Shown in pieces: positions 37,008 through 46,726 of a DNA stretch of 64,000 nt. Position 1 is the first letter of the stretch. Each line of letters opens with the position of its first letter. A program made the position numbers and the translations under genes. The notes under the pieces were generated by a model that was given only the letters and a program-made list of their open reading frames with translations, did no database searches and was not told where the DNA came from. This DNA comes from an uncultured Acidimicrobiales bacterium (lineage in GTDB: Bacteria; Actinomycetota; Acidimicrobiia; Acidimicrobiales; CAVXTF01). The stretch spans positions 325,146-389,145 of the forward strand of contig CAWDEI010000006.1 of NCBI GenBank assembly GCA_963801315.1, given 5' to 3'.

Positions 37008-39112
37008 TGACGCTCCTAGGTCTGTTCGGATTGACGCGTCGATGACGACGAGCAGGCGGCCCGCCTCGACCTGATCGCCGGGCCCGACTGCGACCTCGGA
37101 GACCACACCTGAGTGGCCCGCACGGATCTCGTGCTCCATCTTCATCGCCTCGATGGCAACGAGAGTGTCACCGGTCGAGACCTCGTCTCCGGCAGCCACG
37201 TGCACCCTCACGACGGTCCCCGGAAGTGGGGCGACGAGAGAGCCCGGATCGAGCTGGGACCCTGGGAGCGTGAACCTCGGCACCCGGGTGAGGACGGATG
37301 ATCCGTCAGGACCGTCCACGTACGTCTGGGGCCCCACCTGGTTGACGCAGTACGCGCGCGCGACCGAATCGGAAAGAAGCACGACCCTTTCCGCGTCCGC
37401 GCTCATCACCTCGACGACCGGGCACGTCCCGTCGCCTGTCGCGGGAGCAACGGTCCCGCCGCCTGTCGTGGGAGCGACCTCGAGCTCATCCTCGAGCCTG
37501 CATGCGACCTCCGAGCAGCGTCCTCGGCGGTCGAAGCGGTAGGTGACCTCGAGGACACCTCGAGATCCGATGAACTTCTCGCGTTGAGGCTCCGACGGGT
37601 TGTTGCGCCATCCGGAGGGAATTCCGCCCAGGACCTTGGCGGAAGATCTCCTTGCGGACTGGGCGGCGAGGGCCGCCGCGACGGCGTGCAGTCGTTCCGA
37701 CTCAGAAGATGCGAGTGGCGCGCCGAGCTCGGCCGGGTCGTGGCGAACGAGGAACCCGGTGTCGATGTCGCCTGACAGGAATTCTGGGTGGCGAAGTATG
37801 CGCACGAGCAGGTCGCGGTTGGTCGTGACCCCGTGGATCTGCGCGCCCGAGAGCGCGGTCGCCAGAGCGCGGGCGGCCTCCGGACGCGTCGGGGCGTGGG
37901 CGATCACCTTTGCGAGCATCGGGTCGTACCAGGGGCTAACGACCGATCCGTCTTCGACCCCGCTGTCGAGCCTGATTGCTCTGCTCGTCGGGCCGCCCGC
38001 GAACCTGAAGCGATGGAGATGCCCGACCGACGGCCGCCAGTCGTTCGTCGGGTCCTCTGCGTAGAGGCGGACCTCGATCGCGTGGCCCCTCATCGATGCG
38101 AACCGGGCCTGTTCGGGGAGCTCCCCGCCCTCGGCGACGAGAAGTTGCAGCCGGACGAGGTCGAGCCCCGTAACGAGCTCCGTCACCGGGTGCTCCACCT
38201 GTAGACGGGTGTTCACCTCCAAGAAGGCGAAGCTCCCGTCTTCGAGCATGAGGAACTCGACAGTGCCGGCGTTCACGTAACCGATGGCCTTGGCCGCCCT
38301 CACGGCCGCGTCGCAGAGCTCGGCGCGCGTCGAATTTCCGAGCGCCGGGTTTCCGAGCGCGGGTGACGGGCTCTCCTCGACGATCTTCTGGTGCCGTCTC
38401 TGGATGGAGCACTCACGCTCGAACAGGTGCACGACGTTTCCCTGCGTGTCACCCATGATCTGGACCTCGATGTGGCGCGGCCGGCTCGCGTAGGGCTCGA
38501 TGAACACCGTCGCGTCGCCGAACGCGGACATCGCCTCGCGCTGCGCCGACTCGACCGCGCTCGCGAGCGAGCCGGGCTCTTCGACCACGCGGATGCCGCG
38601 CCCCCGCCGCCGGCGGAGGCCTTCACGAGAAGTGGAAAACCGACCGCCTTGACGCGCTCGACCAGGTCCGGGCCGCCGTCGCGGCCGTGTCCGGTCGCGA
38701 TCTCGACCGTGGGCAGGACCGGCACCCCCGCCGAGCTCATTGTCGCCTTGGCCGTGAGCTTCGAGCCCATGGCCTCGATCACGTCCGCCGGCGGCCCGAC
38801 GAACGTGAGCCCGGCGTCGGTGCAGGCCCTCGCGAAGGAGGCGTTCTCGGACAGGAACCCGTAACCGGGGTGCACGGCGTCGGCTCCGGTGCGCAGCGCC
38901 GCATCGACCACGAGATCGCCGCGAAGGTAGGTATCGGCAGGCGAGGAGCCCGCCAACGGGACCGACTCGTCTGCGGCCGCGACGTGCGGCGCTGAAGCAT
39001 CGGGCTCGGAGCACAACGCGACGCAGGCGATGCCCGCCTCGTGGGCGCTGCGCATCACGCGGACCGCGATCTCGCCTCGGTTCGCGACGAGGAGCTTTCT
39101 GATCACCGGCAA
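37008..39112 (-). pseudogene. accA1: Biotin-dependent acyl-CoA carboxylase alpha subunit (biotin carboxylase + BCCP; AccA1/MccA-like), frame-disrupted at 38598-38606
   Basis: ORF 38300..39112 gives IRKLLVANRGEIAVRV...LLVKASAGGGG. The continuation RGIRVVEEPGSL...ECSIQRRHQKIVEE...AMKMEHEI (the biotinyl Lys motif) lies in the frame of ORF 36318..39014, implying one nucleotide missing at a G5/C5 run. No stop codon precedes the downstream ATG at 37007. Confidence 0.85.
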
Positions 39113-39134
39113 ATCCTCACGACCAGGCCGGCCC

Positions 39135-40733
39135 TCACATCCTGAACACGCCGTAACCGCGTGTCCCGTGAATCTCTTTCGAATCGATGACCGACAGGCA
39201 CATGCCGAGCACGGTTCTCGTGTCTCTGGGGTCGATGATCCCGTCGTCGTAGATGAGCCCCGTCAGGAACAACGGCATCGACTCGCGTGAGATCTGAGAC
39301 TCGACCGCGTCACGCATCGCCCGGTCGGCATCCTCGTCGAAGTCCTCGCCACGCGACTCGGCCGCTTGGCGCGCGACGATCGAGAGCACTCCGGCGAGCT
39401 GCGCGGGGCCCATGACGGCCGAACGGGCATTGGGCCAGCTGAAAAGGAACCGGGGGTTGTAAGCCCTCCCGCACATGCCGTAGTTGCCCGCACCGTAGGA
39501 AGCTCCGATGTTCACCGTCAGGTGGGGAACCTGCGAGTTGGAGACGGCGTTGATCATCTTTGCGCCGTCCTTGATGATGCCGCGTTGCTCGTAGTCCTTG
39601 CCCACCATGTAGCCGGTCGTGTTCTGGAGGAAAAGAAGCGGCGTGTCTGACTGGTTGGCCAGCTGGATGAATTGCGTGGCCTTGTTGGCCTCTTCCGAGA
39701 AGAGGATGCCGCGGTGGTTCGCGAGGATGCCTATCGGGTAGCCGTGTATCGACGCCCAGCCCGTGACGAGGCTCGGGCCGTACAGGGGCTTGAACTCGTC
39801 GAACAGCGACCCGTCCACGACCCTGCCGATCACCTCCCGAGGGTCGAACACGGTTCTCAAGTCGGCAGCAGGCACCCCCAGCAATTCCTCGGGATCGTGA
39901 ACGGGGTCGTCTGCTTGCATGGTCGGTCCCCGGCCGTGCTTGTGCCAGTTGAGCCTTCCGACGATGTCGCGACCGAGACGTATCGCATCCGACTCGTCGG
40001 TCGCCAAGAAGTCGGCCAGCCCCGACGTGCGGGCGTGCATCTCTGCGCCGCCGAGCTCCTCGTCCGACGACGACTCTCCTGTCGCCATCTTCACGAGAGG
40101 CGGCCCGCCGAGGAACACCTTGGACCGCTTTTCGATCATGACGATGTAGTCGCACATCCCGGGGATGTAGGCGCCTCCTGCGGTCGAGTTGCCGAAGACG
40201 AGCGCGATCGTCGGCACGGCGGCCGCCGACCGGCGGGTCAGGTCGCGGAACATCCTTCCGCCGGGGATGAAGATCTCGGCCTGCGTCGGTAGGTCCGCAC
40301 CGCCCGACTCGACGAGGCTGATCGAAGGAAGACGGTTCTCGAGCGCTATGTCCGCGCAGCGAAGCGACTTGCGCATGGTGAACGGGTTGCTGGCCCCGCC
40401 TCTAACGGTCGGGTCGTTGGCCGACACCATGCACTCGGTGCCGTTCACCACACCGATCCCCGCGACCATGCTCGCACCGACGTTGTACGAGGTCCCCCAC
40501 GCGGCGAGAGGGCAGAGCTCCAAGAAGGGGGAGTCGGCGTCGAGCAGCATCTCGACGCGCTCCCTGGCGAGAAGCTTGTCCCGGCTGCGGTGGCGCTCCA
40601 CGTAGCGCTCGCCGCCCCCGGCCCTGGCCAGGGCCAGTTGGGCGTCGACCTCGTCGAGCGCGGCCGCCATCGACTCGCGATTCACCTTGAACTCTTCGGA
40701 GGTAGCGTCGACCGACGAGGTCAGAACCGGCAC
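39135..40733 (-). CDS. accD1: Acyl-CoA carboxylase carboxyltransferase (beta) subunit, methylcrotonyl-CoA carboxylase type
   Basis: Intact 532-aa ORF. Carboxyl_trans family features throughout (GGGERYVERHRSRDKLLARERV, VANDPTVRGG, FGNSTAGGAYIPGM). Confidence 0.9.
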   Translation of the reverse strand: MPVLTSSVDATSEEFKVNRESMAAALDEVDAQLALARAGGGERYVERHRSRDKLLARERVEMLLDADSPFLELCPLAAWGTSYNVGASMVAGIGVVNGTECMVSANDPTVRGGASNPFTMRKSLRCADIALENRLPSISLVESGGADLPTQAEIFIPGGRMFRDLTRRSAAAVPTIALVFGNSTAGGAYIPGMCDYIVMIEKRSKVFLGGPPLVKMATGESSSDEELGGAEMHARTSGLADFLATDESDAIRLGRDIVGRLNWHKHGRGPTMQADDPVHDPEELLGVPAADLRTVFDPREVIGRVVDGSLFDEFKPLYGPSLVTGWASIHGYPIGILANHRGILFSEEANKATQFIQLANQSDTPLLFLQNTTGYMVGKDYEQRGIIKDGAKMINAVSNSQVPHLTVNIGASYGAGNYGMCGRAYNPRFLFSWPNARSAVMGPAQLAGVLSIVARQAAESRGEDFDEDADRAMRDAVESQISRESMPLFLTGLIYDDGIIDPRDTRTVLGMCLSVIDSKEIHGTRGYGVFRM

Positions 40734-40811
40734 GTGACCCCTAGGAGGACCACGAGCACCAGGCGCAGTCAGTCCGATTCGTGCCGGGCATCGAGTGAAA
40801 GACTAAACGTG

Positions 40812-41936
40812 ATGGTCGAACGTCCGCTCTCTGCCGTGGTTCTCGCCGCCGGCGAGGGCACCCGCATGCATTCGGCGCGGCCCAAGCCCCTCCACCGCAT
40901 CTGTGGAAGGCCGATGATCCTGCACGTGCTCGACGCCCTCGCCGAGCTGCACGTCGACCGGGTCGTGGTTGTCGTCGGCCATCACGGTGAATGGGTGGCG
41001 AAGACGCTCACCGAGAACTCTCCTCGCGGCGTCAAGGTGGACTTCGTGGAGCAGGCGACCTACAGCGGGACAGGAGACGCCCTGGCCGTCGCCCTGACGG
41101 TGTTCCCCCAGACGCTCGCGGACGCAGAAGGGGACCTGATCGTGCTCCCGGGCGACACGCCTCTCGTCAGGCCACCGACCCTCGCAGCCCTGGTCAGGCA
41201 CCACCGCGGCATCGACGCTGCGGCAACCCTGCTCACCGCCAAGGTGGCCGACGCCTCCGGGCACGACAGGGTCATCCGCGGCCGCAACGACGAGGTCATC
41301 GGGGTGATCGACGACAGGGAGCTCACCCCTGCCGGGGAAGAGGTCGACGAGCTCGTGAACGAGCCCGACGAGGTGGCGACCGCAATCGCGTGTTACCGCC
41401 ACGGGGTGCTCGCAGCGGCACTGCGCAGGCTGCATCCCGTCGGGCCCAGGCGCGAGCACTCGCTCACCGGCATGCCGGGGGTGCTCCACGATGCCGGTTA
41501 CACGGTCTCGGCGATCGTGCTCTCCGATCCGATGGAAGCGGCGGGCGTGAACGACAGGGCTCAGCTAGCGGTGGCGGAGGCCGAGCTCCGAGACCGGATC
41601 AACGAGAGGTGGATGCGCCGCGGCGTCACGATGTGGGACCCCGAGCGCACCTACGTGGACGCCTCGGTCGAGCTCGAGCCCGACACGGTCCTGCTGCCCG
41701 GGGTGATGCTCCAGGGCGCCACCAAGGTGGCGGCAGGCGCGGAGATCGGGCCCGACTGCAGGCTCGTGGACACGACCGTCGGGGAAGGGGCGGTGGTCAC
41801 GATGTCGGTGGCCGATCGCGCCGAAGTGGGAGCCTCGGCCCGGGTCGGGCCATTCTGCGTGCTCCGTCCGGGGTCGCGGGTGCTCGACGGCGGGGTCGTC
41901 GCGCCCCATACGGTGCTCGACTCCGACGAGGTCTAG
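40812..41936 (+). CDS. glmU: GlmU-like sugar-1-phosphate nucleotidyltransferase with a short left-handed beta-helix region
   Basis: Frame of ORF 40590..41936. ATG at 40812, with a GTG at 40809. LSAVVLAAGEGTRMHSARPKPLH is the N-terminal NTP-transferase signature. Hexapeptide-like repeats are present near the C-terminus. At 374 aa it is shorter than canonical GlmU. Its position upstream of prs matches actinobacterial synteny. Confidence 0.7.
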   Translation: MVERPLSAVVLAAGEGTRMHSARPKPLHRICGRPMILHVLDALAELHVDRVVVVVGHHGEWVAKTLTENSPRGVKVDFVEQATYSGTGDALAVALTVFPQTLADAEGDLIVLPGDTPLVRPPTLAALVRHHRGIDAAATLLTAKVADASGHDRVIRGRNDEVIGVIDDRELTPAGEEVDELVNEPDEVATAIACYRHGVLAAALRRLHPVGPRREHSLTGMPGVLHDAGYTVSAIVLSDPMEAAGVNDRAQLAVAEAELRDRINERWMRRGVTMWDPERTYVDASVELEPDTVLLPGVMLQGATKVAAGAEIGPDCRLVDTTVGEGAVVTMSVADRAEVGASARVGPFCVLRPGSRVLDGGVVAPHTVLDSDEV

Positions 41937-41983
41937 GAGCGTCCAAAGGCCCGAGCGCGGGCGCTCGACTAGCGTTCCAGCCG

Positions 41984-42959
41984 ATGGAGATGGTTCCCAT
42001 GAGGCGGCTGGTGCTGGTGACGGGACGTGCCCACCCGGCGCTCGCGGAGGAGATCGCCTCCCATCTCGACGTCGAGCTGACCGAGCCGAACCTGCGCGAA
42101 TTCGCGAACGGCGAGATCCATTGCCGTTTCGCGACTTCGGTGCGCGGCGCGGACGTGTTCATAATCCAGACCCACGCCGACCCGGTGAACGACTCGATCA
42201 TGGAGCAATTGATCATGATCGACGCAGCGAAACGGGCATCTGCGAAGCGGATAACGGCTGTGTGCCCCTACTACGGGTACTCGCGCCAGGACCGAAAGTC
42301 GACAGGACGCGAGCCGATCACTGCGAAGCTCGTGGCGGACATGCTCCAGGTGGCCGGCGCGGACCGCGTCGTCAGCGTCGACCTCCACTCGGGTCAGATC
42401 CAGGGCTTCTTCGACCTGCCCTTCGACCATCTGGTCGGGCTTCCGGTGATGCTCGAGACGCTCCGGCGCTACGAGGGCAACGACCTGGTGGTCGTCGCAC
42501 CGGATGCAGGCAGGGTGAAGGTGGCGGAGCGCTACAGCCACCACCTTCACGATGCGGACATAGCGCTGATCCACAAGCGCAGGCCCGAAGATGTCGGCCA
42601 ACGAGGTTGAGGCGATCGAGGTCGTCGGCAAGGTCCGGGGCCGCCACTGCGTGCTGATCGACGACATGATCGACACCGCAGGCACCATCTGCGCGGCGTC
42701 GGAGCTGCTCGTGGACAGGGGAGCGGCCGACGTGTGGGCGATGGCAACTCACGCGGTCCTGTCCGATCCTGCATTGGAGCGCCTCGAGAAGTCGCCGCTT
42801 TCCAGGGTCGTCGTCACCAACACGCTGCCTCTGGCCGAGCACCGGCGCATCCCGAAGCTCGAGGTCATCTCTGTCGCGAAGGTGATCGCCGACGCCATCG
42901 ACGCCGTGTTCGAGGACACCTCCGTCTCGGAGATCTTCGGCGGCGACAACCTCACCTGA
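41984..42959 (+). pseudogene. prs: Ribose-phosphate pyrophosphokinase, frame-disrupted at 42595-42598
   Basis: The N-terminal 200 aa lie in the frame of ORF 40991..42610 (FANGEIHCRF...YYGYSRQDRK...VSVDLHSGQIQGFF...IHKRRPEDV). The continuation ANEVEAIEVVGKVRGRHCVLIDDMIDTAGT... is ORF 42591..42959. An extra G sits in the gtcGGcc context. Confidence 0.85.
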
Positions 42960-42996
42960 CGCCCACGGCCTACGTCCACAGTCTGGGGTTCGGAGC

Positions 42997-43970
42997 TTGC
43001 GGTTCGTAGTCGTCGGAGCGGGTGCGATCGGCGGCGTTATCGGCGGCCGGCTGTTCGAGTCCGGCCACGACGTCGTGCTCGTCGCCCGCGGGCGGCACCT
43101 CGACGCGATCCGCTCCCAGGGGCTCACCGTGGCGTCGCCGGCCGGGACGGTCACACTTAGGGTCCCGGTCGTCGGCAAGCCAGAAGAGGTCGGGGCCGGA
43201 CCCGGAGACGTCGCGATCTTGGCCACCAAGAGCCAGGACACTCAGTCGGCGCTCGAAGGGCTCGTCGGCTTCGACGGGTGCAGGAGCTCTCGCGGTCTGT
43301 TGCGCCCAGAACGGAGTCCGCAACGAAGAGGCCGCGCTGCGCATGTTCGCGGACGTCTACGGGATCTGCGTCATGTCACCGACGGCGCACTCCGAGCCTG
43401 GAGTCGTCGAGGCCTACTCCTCGCCGGTGACGGGGATCCTCGACGTCGGCAGGTACCCCTCCGGCACGGACGACTTCGCCGTGGCCATCGCCGACGCGTT
43501 TAGCGCCTCGACGTTCGTCTCGGTACCTCGCCCGGACATCATGCGCTGGAAGTACAGGAAGCTGCTGATGAACCTGTACAACGCGCTCGACGCACTTCTC
43601 GGCGACGGGCCTTGGCCGGACGAGCTCACGTCCGCCCTGGGTCACGAGGCCGAAGCGGTCCTCGCTGCTGCAGGCTTGGACGTGGCGACCGCAGACGAGG
43701 ACCGCGAGCGCAGGGGTGACCTGCTCAAGATCGCGCCGGTGCAGGGCGGGGCGCAGGCGCGGCGGAGGTTCGTCCTGGCAGAGCCTCGAGCGCGGCCTCG
43801 GCACCATCGAGACGGACTACCTGAACGGCGAGATCGTGCTTCTAGGCCGGCTCTTCGGGGTCGCCACCCCGGTGAACGCCCTGGTCCAGCGTCTCGCCGG
43901 CGAGGCCGCCCGCAACAAGGCGGCTCCCGGAAGCTATGGCGCATCGGACCTACTCGCCATGCTCGGGTAG
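42997..43970 (+). pseudogene. Ketopantoate reductase (PanE/ApbA)-family oxidoreductase, two +1 frame disruptions
   Basis: The gene reads in three frames. (1) MRFVVVGAGAIGGVIGGRL...ALEGLV in the frame of 42997. (2) After a shift near 43264-43270, ASTGAGALAVCCAQNGVRNE... in the frame of 43022. (3) After a shift near 43750-43765, GGSSWQSLERGLGTIETDYLNGEIVLLGR...TPVN in the frame of 43716, ending at 43970. Confidence 0.7.
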
Positions 43971-44072
43971 GATCAACAGTTCGGTCCTCCAGGTCCCGGG
44001 CCCCACGGCATGGGACCGGAAAACCGGAACCGCATAGCCCAGAACCGCAGGTTCGCTCACGAGGAGCTTCAC

Positions 44073-44748
44073 ATGGCCGACACCATCCTGGTCGCAGACG
44101 AACGGACGCCGGTCGGATCCCGGCCCACCCGCCGCCTGCGCTCGAGCGGGAGGATCCCGGCCGTCGTCTACGGCAACGGGGTCGGGCCCCTGACGGTCAG
44201 CGTGGAGGCGCAGGGACCTGCGGCAGGCCCTCAGCACGGCGGCAGGGTCTGAACGCCGTGCTCTCGGTGCAGCGTCGGCTCGGAGGAGTACATGGCGATG
44301 GCGCGCGAGATCCAGCGCCACCCGGTACGCGGAACGGTCACGCACGTCGACTTCCAGGTGGTCGACCCCGACAGGCCCGTGACCGCCGACGTGAACTTGG
44401 TGTTCACCGGTGAGCCGGTCGAGCTGCACCACCAGGACGGCGTCCTCGACCAGCAGCTCTTCTCGATCCCGGTGCGCGCCAAGCCTTCGGAGATCCCCCA
44501 GAACTTCGACGTCGACATAAGTGCCCTCGTCGTCGGGACCGCGGTCCGTGTGTCGGACCTCGTGATCCCCGCAGGGTGTCGAGGTGGACCTCGATCCCGA
44601 GACGGTCATCGCCGCCGGGCAAGCTCCACGAGTCGTGCGCTCGGAGGAAGAGGAAGCTGCGGCCGCCGCAGAAGCCGAGGAAGGCGCTGCCGCCGCAGAG
44701 ACCGCAGGCGGGGCGACCTCGGAGAAATCCTCCTCCGAGGAGTCCTAA
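44073..44748 (+). pseudogene. rplY: 50S ribosomal protein L25/Ctc, four +1 insertions
   Basis: ATG at 44073, with GAGGAG 6 nt upstream. A colinear L25 sequence (...IPAVVYGNGVGPLTVSVEA/RDLRQALSTAAG/LNAVLSVQ/VGSEEYMAMAREIQRHPVRGTVTHVDFQVV...VIPAG/VEVDLDPETVIAAG...) is obtained only by skipping single nucleotides at about 44211, 44248, 44273 and 44577. TAA at 44746-44748. Confidence 0.8.
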
Positions 44749-44810
44749 GCCTGCCGCGCGCCCCCTGGCCGGCGCGGCCGGCCAGGTCTGCACGTCCCGC
44801 CAGGTCGGGG

Positions 44811-45393
44811 CCTGCCGCCGACCTGCTGGTCGTCGGGCTCGGCAACCCGGGAGCGGAGTTCGAGCACACGCGCCACAACGTCGGCGCTGACACCGTGATG
44901 CTCCTCGCCGCGCGCCGAGGCGAGCGGTTCCGTACTGTCAGGGGCGCTCACGCGCGCACGGCGGACCTGCGCGTCGAGGGGCGCCGGGTTGCGGTCGCGT
45001 TCCCGCTGACCTACATGAACGACTCGGGCCTCGCCGTCAGCGCCCTCGTCCGCCGCTACGGGATCGACGACCTGGGCGGTCTCGTGGTCGTGCACGACGA
45101 GCTCGACCTGCCCGTCGGGCGCGTGAAGGTGAAGGTGGGTGGCGGTACCGCCGGCCACAACGGGCTCAAGTCCATACACTCACATCTCCACGACGCCGGC
45201 TACGTGCGCGTCCGGATCGGGATCGGCAAACCTTCCGGACGGCGAATGGGGGCGGACCACGTGCTCAGGCGTCCGGGTTCTGCCGAGCGTGAGGTCCTGT
45301 CTGTCGCCGTGGAAGAGGCGGCCGACGCGGTCGAGGCGATCGCGACTCTCGGTGTCGGCCGAAGCCATGAACCGGTTCAACACAGACTTGTGA
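44811..45393 (+). pseudogene. pth: Peptidyl-tRNA hydrolase, +1 disruption near 45359-45360; start codon not identifiable
   Basis: LLVVGLGNPGAEFEHTRHNVG...TYMNDSG...VHDELDLPVGRVKVKVGGGTAGHNGLKS lies in the frame of ORF 44292..45410. The last 11 residues (EAMNRFNTDL*) lie in the frame of ORF 45139..45393. There is no ATG, GTG or TTG between the rplY stop codon and the conserved N-terminus. Confidence 0.8.
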
Positions 45394-45443
45394 GATCAGC
45401 AGGCTGTTGAATTTCAGCAGGCTGGTGAATTTCAGCAGGAATC
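45391..45443. repeat. 17-18-bp direct repeat x3 between convergent genes, each unit starting with TGA
   Basis: tgagatcagcaggctgt (45391-45407; begins with the pth stop codon), tgaatttcagcaggctgg (45408-45425) and tgaatttcagcaggaatc (45426-45443). Unit 3 contains the last codons and stop codon of the minus-strand gene that ends at 45432. Confidence 0.85.
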
Positions 45444-46291
45444 TCCGGTCAAGTCCTCGACCGACGTGTAGCCGGTGGTATCTATCTCGTCGGTGACGCT
45501 CGTGAACGTCCGTGGCGACGCGGCCGTGTAGACGGTCGTCTCGAGATACACCTCGGGATCCCCCAAGATGTCTCCTTGCGCATTGGTGCGCATCGTCAGC
45601 GAGTCGACGATGTTCCACGAGTACTGGGTGATCACCTCTCCCGAGGCTGACGGTGTGCACGTGAATCCCGCCCCGTCGAGAAGCGAGGAGGCCTCCAACA
45701 GCAACACGGGCGAGCCGCCGGGGACGAGCAGGACGGGAGCGATCCGCGCGCCTGTCGACGTGAACAGCTCGTATATAGAGGCGGACCCGAACTCTTCGCG
45801 CTGGACGAGCACCGCCGGAACGCTTCCGGCGCGAATGGTGACGAATCGTCGTACGGTCACGAAGGGCGGGATCGGCGGGTCGTCGGGGACCTCGAAGGGT
45901 TTCGCCACTCGGGATCCGACCCGGAGCGACACGAACCAGCTCGAGCCCCGGCAGAAGGTGGTTGCGGTAACCGGTGGGACCCCCGGGGCCTCAGAGGTCA
46001 GCTCGGGGATGCCCCGGGCGCGCGGCCACCTTTACCTTCGGGGTACGAGCACCTGAAGTTCTGGCTGACAGCGTCTCCGATCGGCGTCTTCGGCTTAGAC
46101 GGCCGTGTCGGCTGCTTGGTCTGTGCTCCGGAACCGTCGTGCGCCTGGGCCGGCACGTCGAGAGCGGATCGCGCCTTGGTTCTCCCTGAGTTCGCGCCCG
46201 GGGTCGCTCCGAGGGCGGCCACGAGCAGCGACAGAGCGAGGAGCAACCCGACTGAGGCCAGCGAGGTTGCCCTGCCGGGCACCCTCTTCAC
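45432..46291 (-). pseudogene. Hypothetical secreted protein (~286 aa), frame-disrupted at a C4 run (46004-46007)
   Basis: ORF 45998..46291 supplies a signal peptide (MKRVPGRATSLASVGLLLALSLLVAALGA). It overlaps, in a -1 relationship, the open frame that continues into ORF 45432..45932. One additional C in the coding-strand CCCC run would join them. No family recognised. Confidence 0.5.
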
Positions 46292-46318
46292 GCGCCAATG
46301 GTACGGCAGTGGCCTGCG

Positions 46319-46681
46319 TCAGGTGGCGCCCTCGATCTCCCTCAGGTCGAAGTAGTCCCGCCAACGCACCACCAGACCCTGCTCGTCGATCTCGAGCATC
46401 GTGCATCCGTGAAGCACGGTCGGCGTGGTACCACCGAGCGTCCCGGTGCCCACCCACTCGAACGCGCCGCCCCTGTCGTCACCGTGAACGGCGACGATCT
46501 CCTGACGCCAATCGGGGTAGACCTGGCGGGTCATCGCCTCGATGCCGTCGATGTCCGTGGTCGGCCCGTTCACCGGGTCGCTGAACTCAGCTCCCGGAGC
46601 GAAAAGTGTGCGGAACGCGCCCTCCGGAGCCGAGGTCGTGAGAACTTGTTGGGCCCGCGCGCCCCATGCAGCCCAGTCCAT
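46319..46681 (-). CDS. NTF2-like / SnoaL-like family protein
   Basis: Intact 120-aa ORF with F-x-D-P...G-x-x-A...W...H-G-D...F-E-W spacing and a C-terminal RWRDYFD, typical of SnoaL-like polyketide cyclase-fold proteins. Confidence 0.6.
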   Translation of the reverse strand: MDWAAWGARAQQVLTTSAPEGAFRTLFAPGAEFSDPVNGPTTDIDGIEAMTRQVYPDWRQEIVAVHGDDRGGAFEWVGTGTLGGTTPTVLHGCTMLEIDEQGLVVRWRDYFDLREIEGAT

Positions 46682-46726
46682 CGAGCACCTCCTGCGGCTC
46701 CGTTGTGGCGCGCCGCCGTGTGGATC

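Noticed and set aside
36318-39014. 898-aa ORF as a single protein
   Set aside because: It is a chimera. Its first part is out of frame over the accA1 N-terminus. Its middle is the true accA1 frame. It then continues into the acyl-CoA dehydrogenase N-terminal half and runs out of frame after 36562.
44208-44580. Programmed +1 ribosomal frameshifting or an alternative genetic code as the explanation for the frame disruptions
   Set aside because: The sites share no slippery or stop-codon context. They occur in all kinds of genes at irregular density and include -1 cases. They coexist with normal TGA, TAG and TAA termination of intact genes. Sequence error or pseudogenisation is far more parsimonious.
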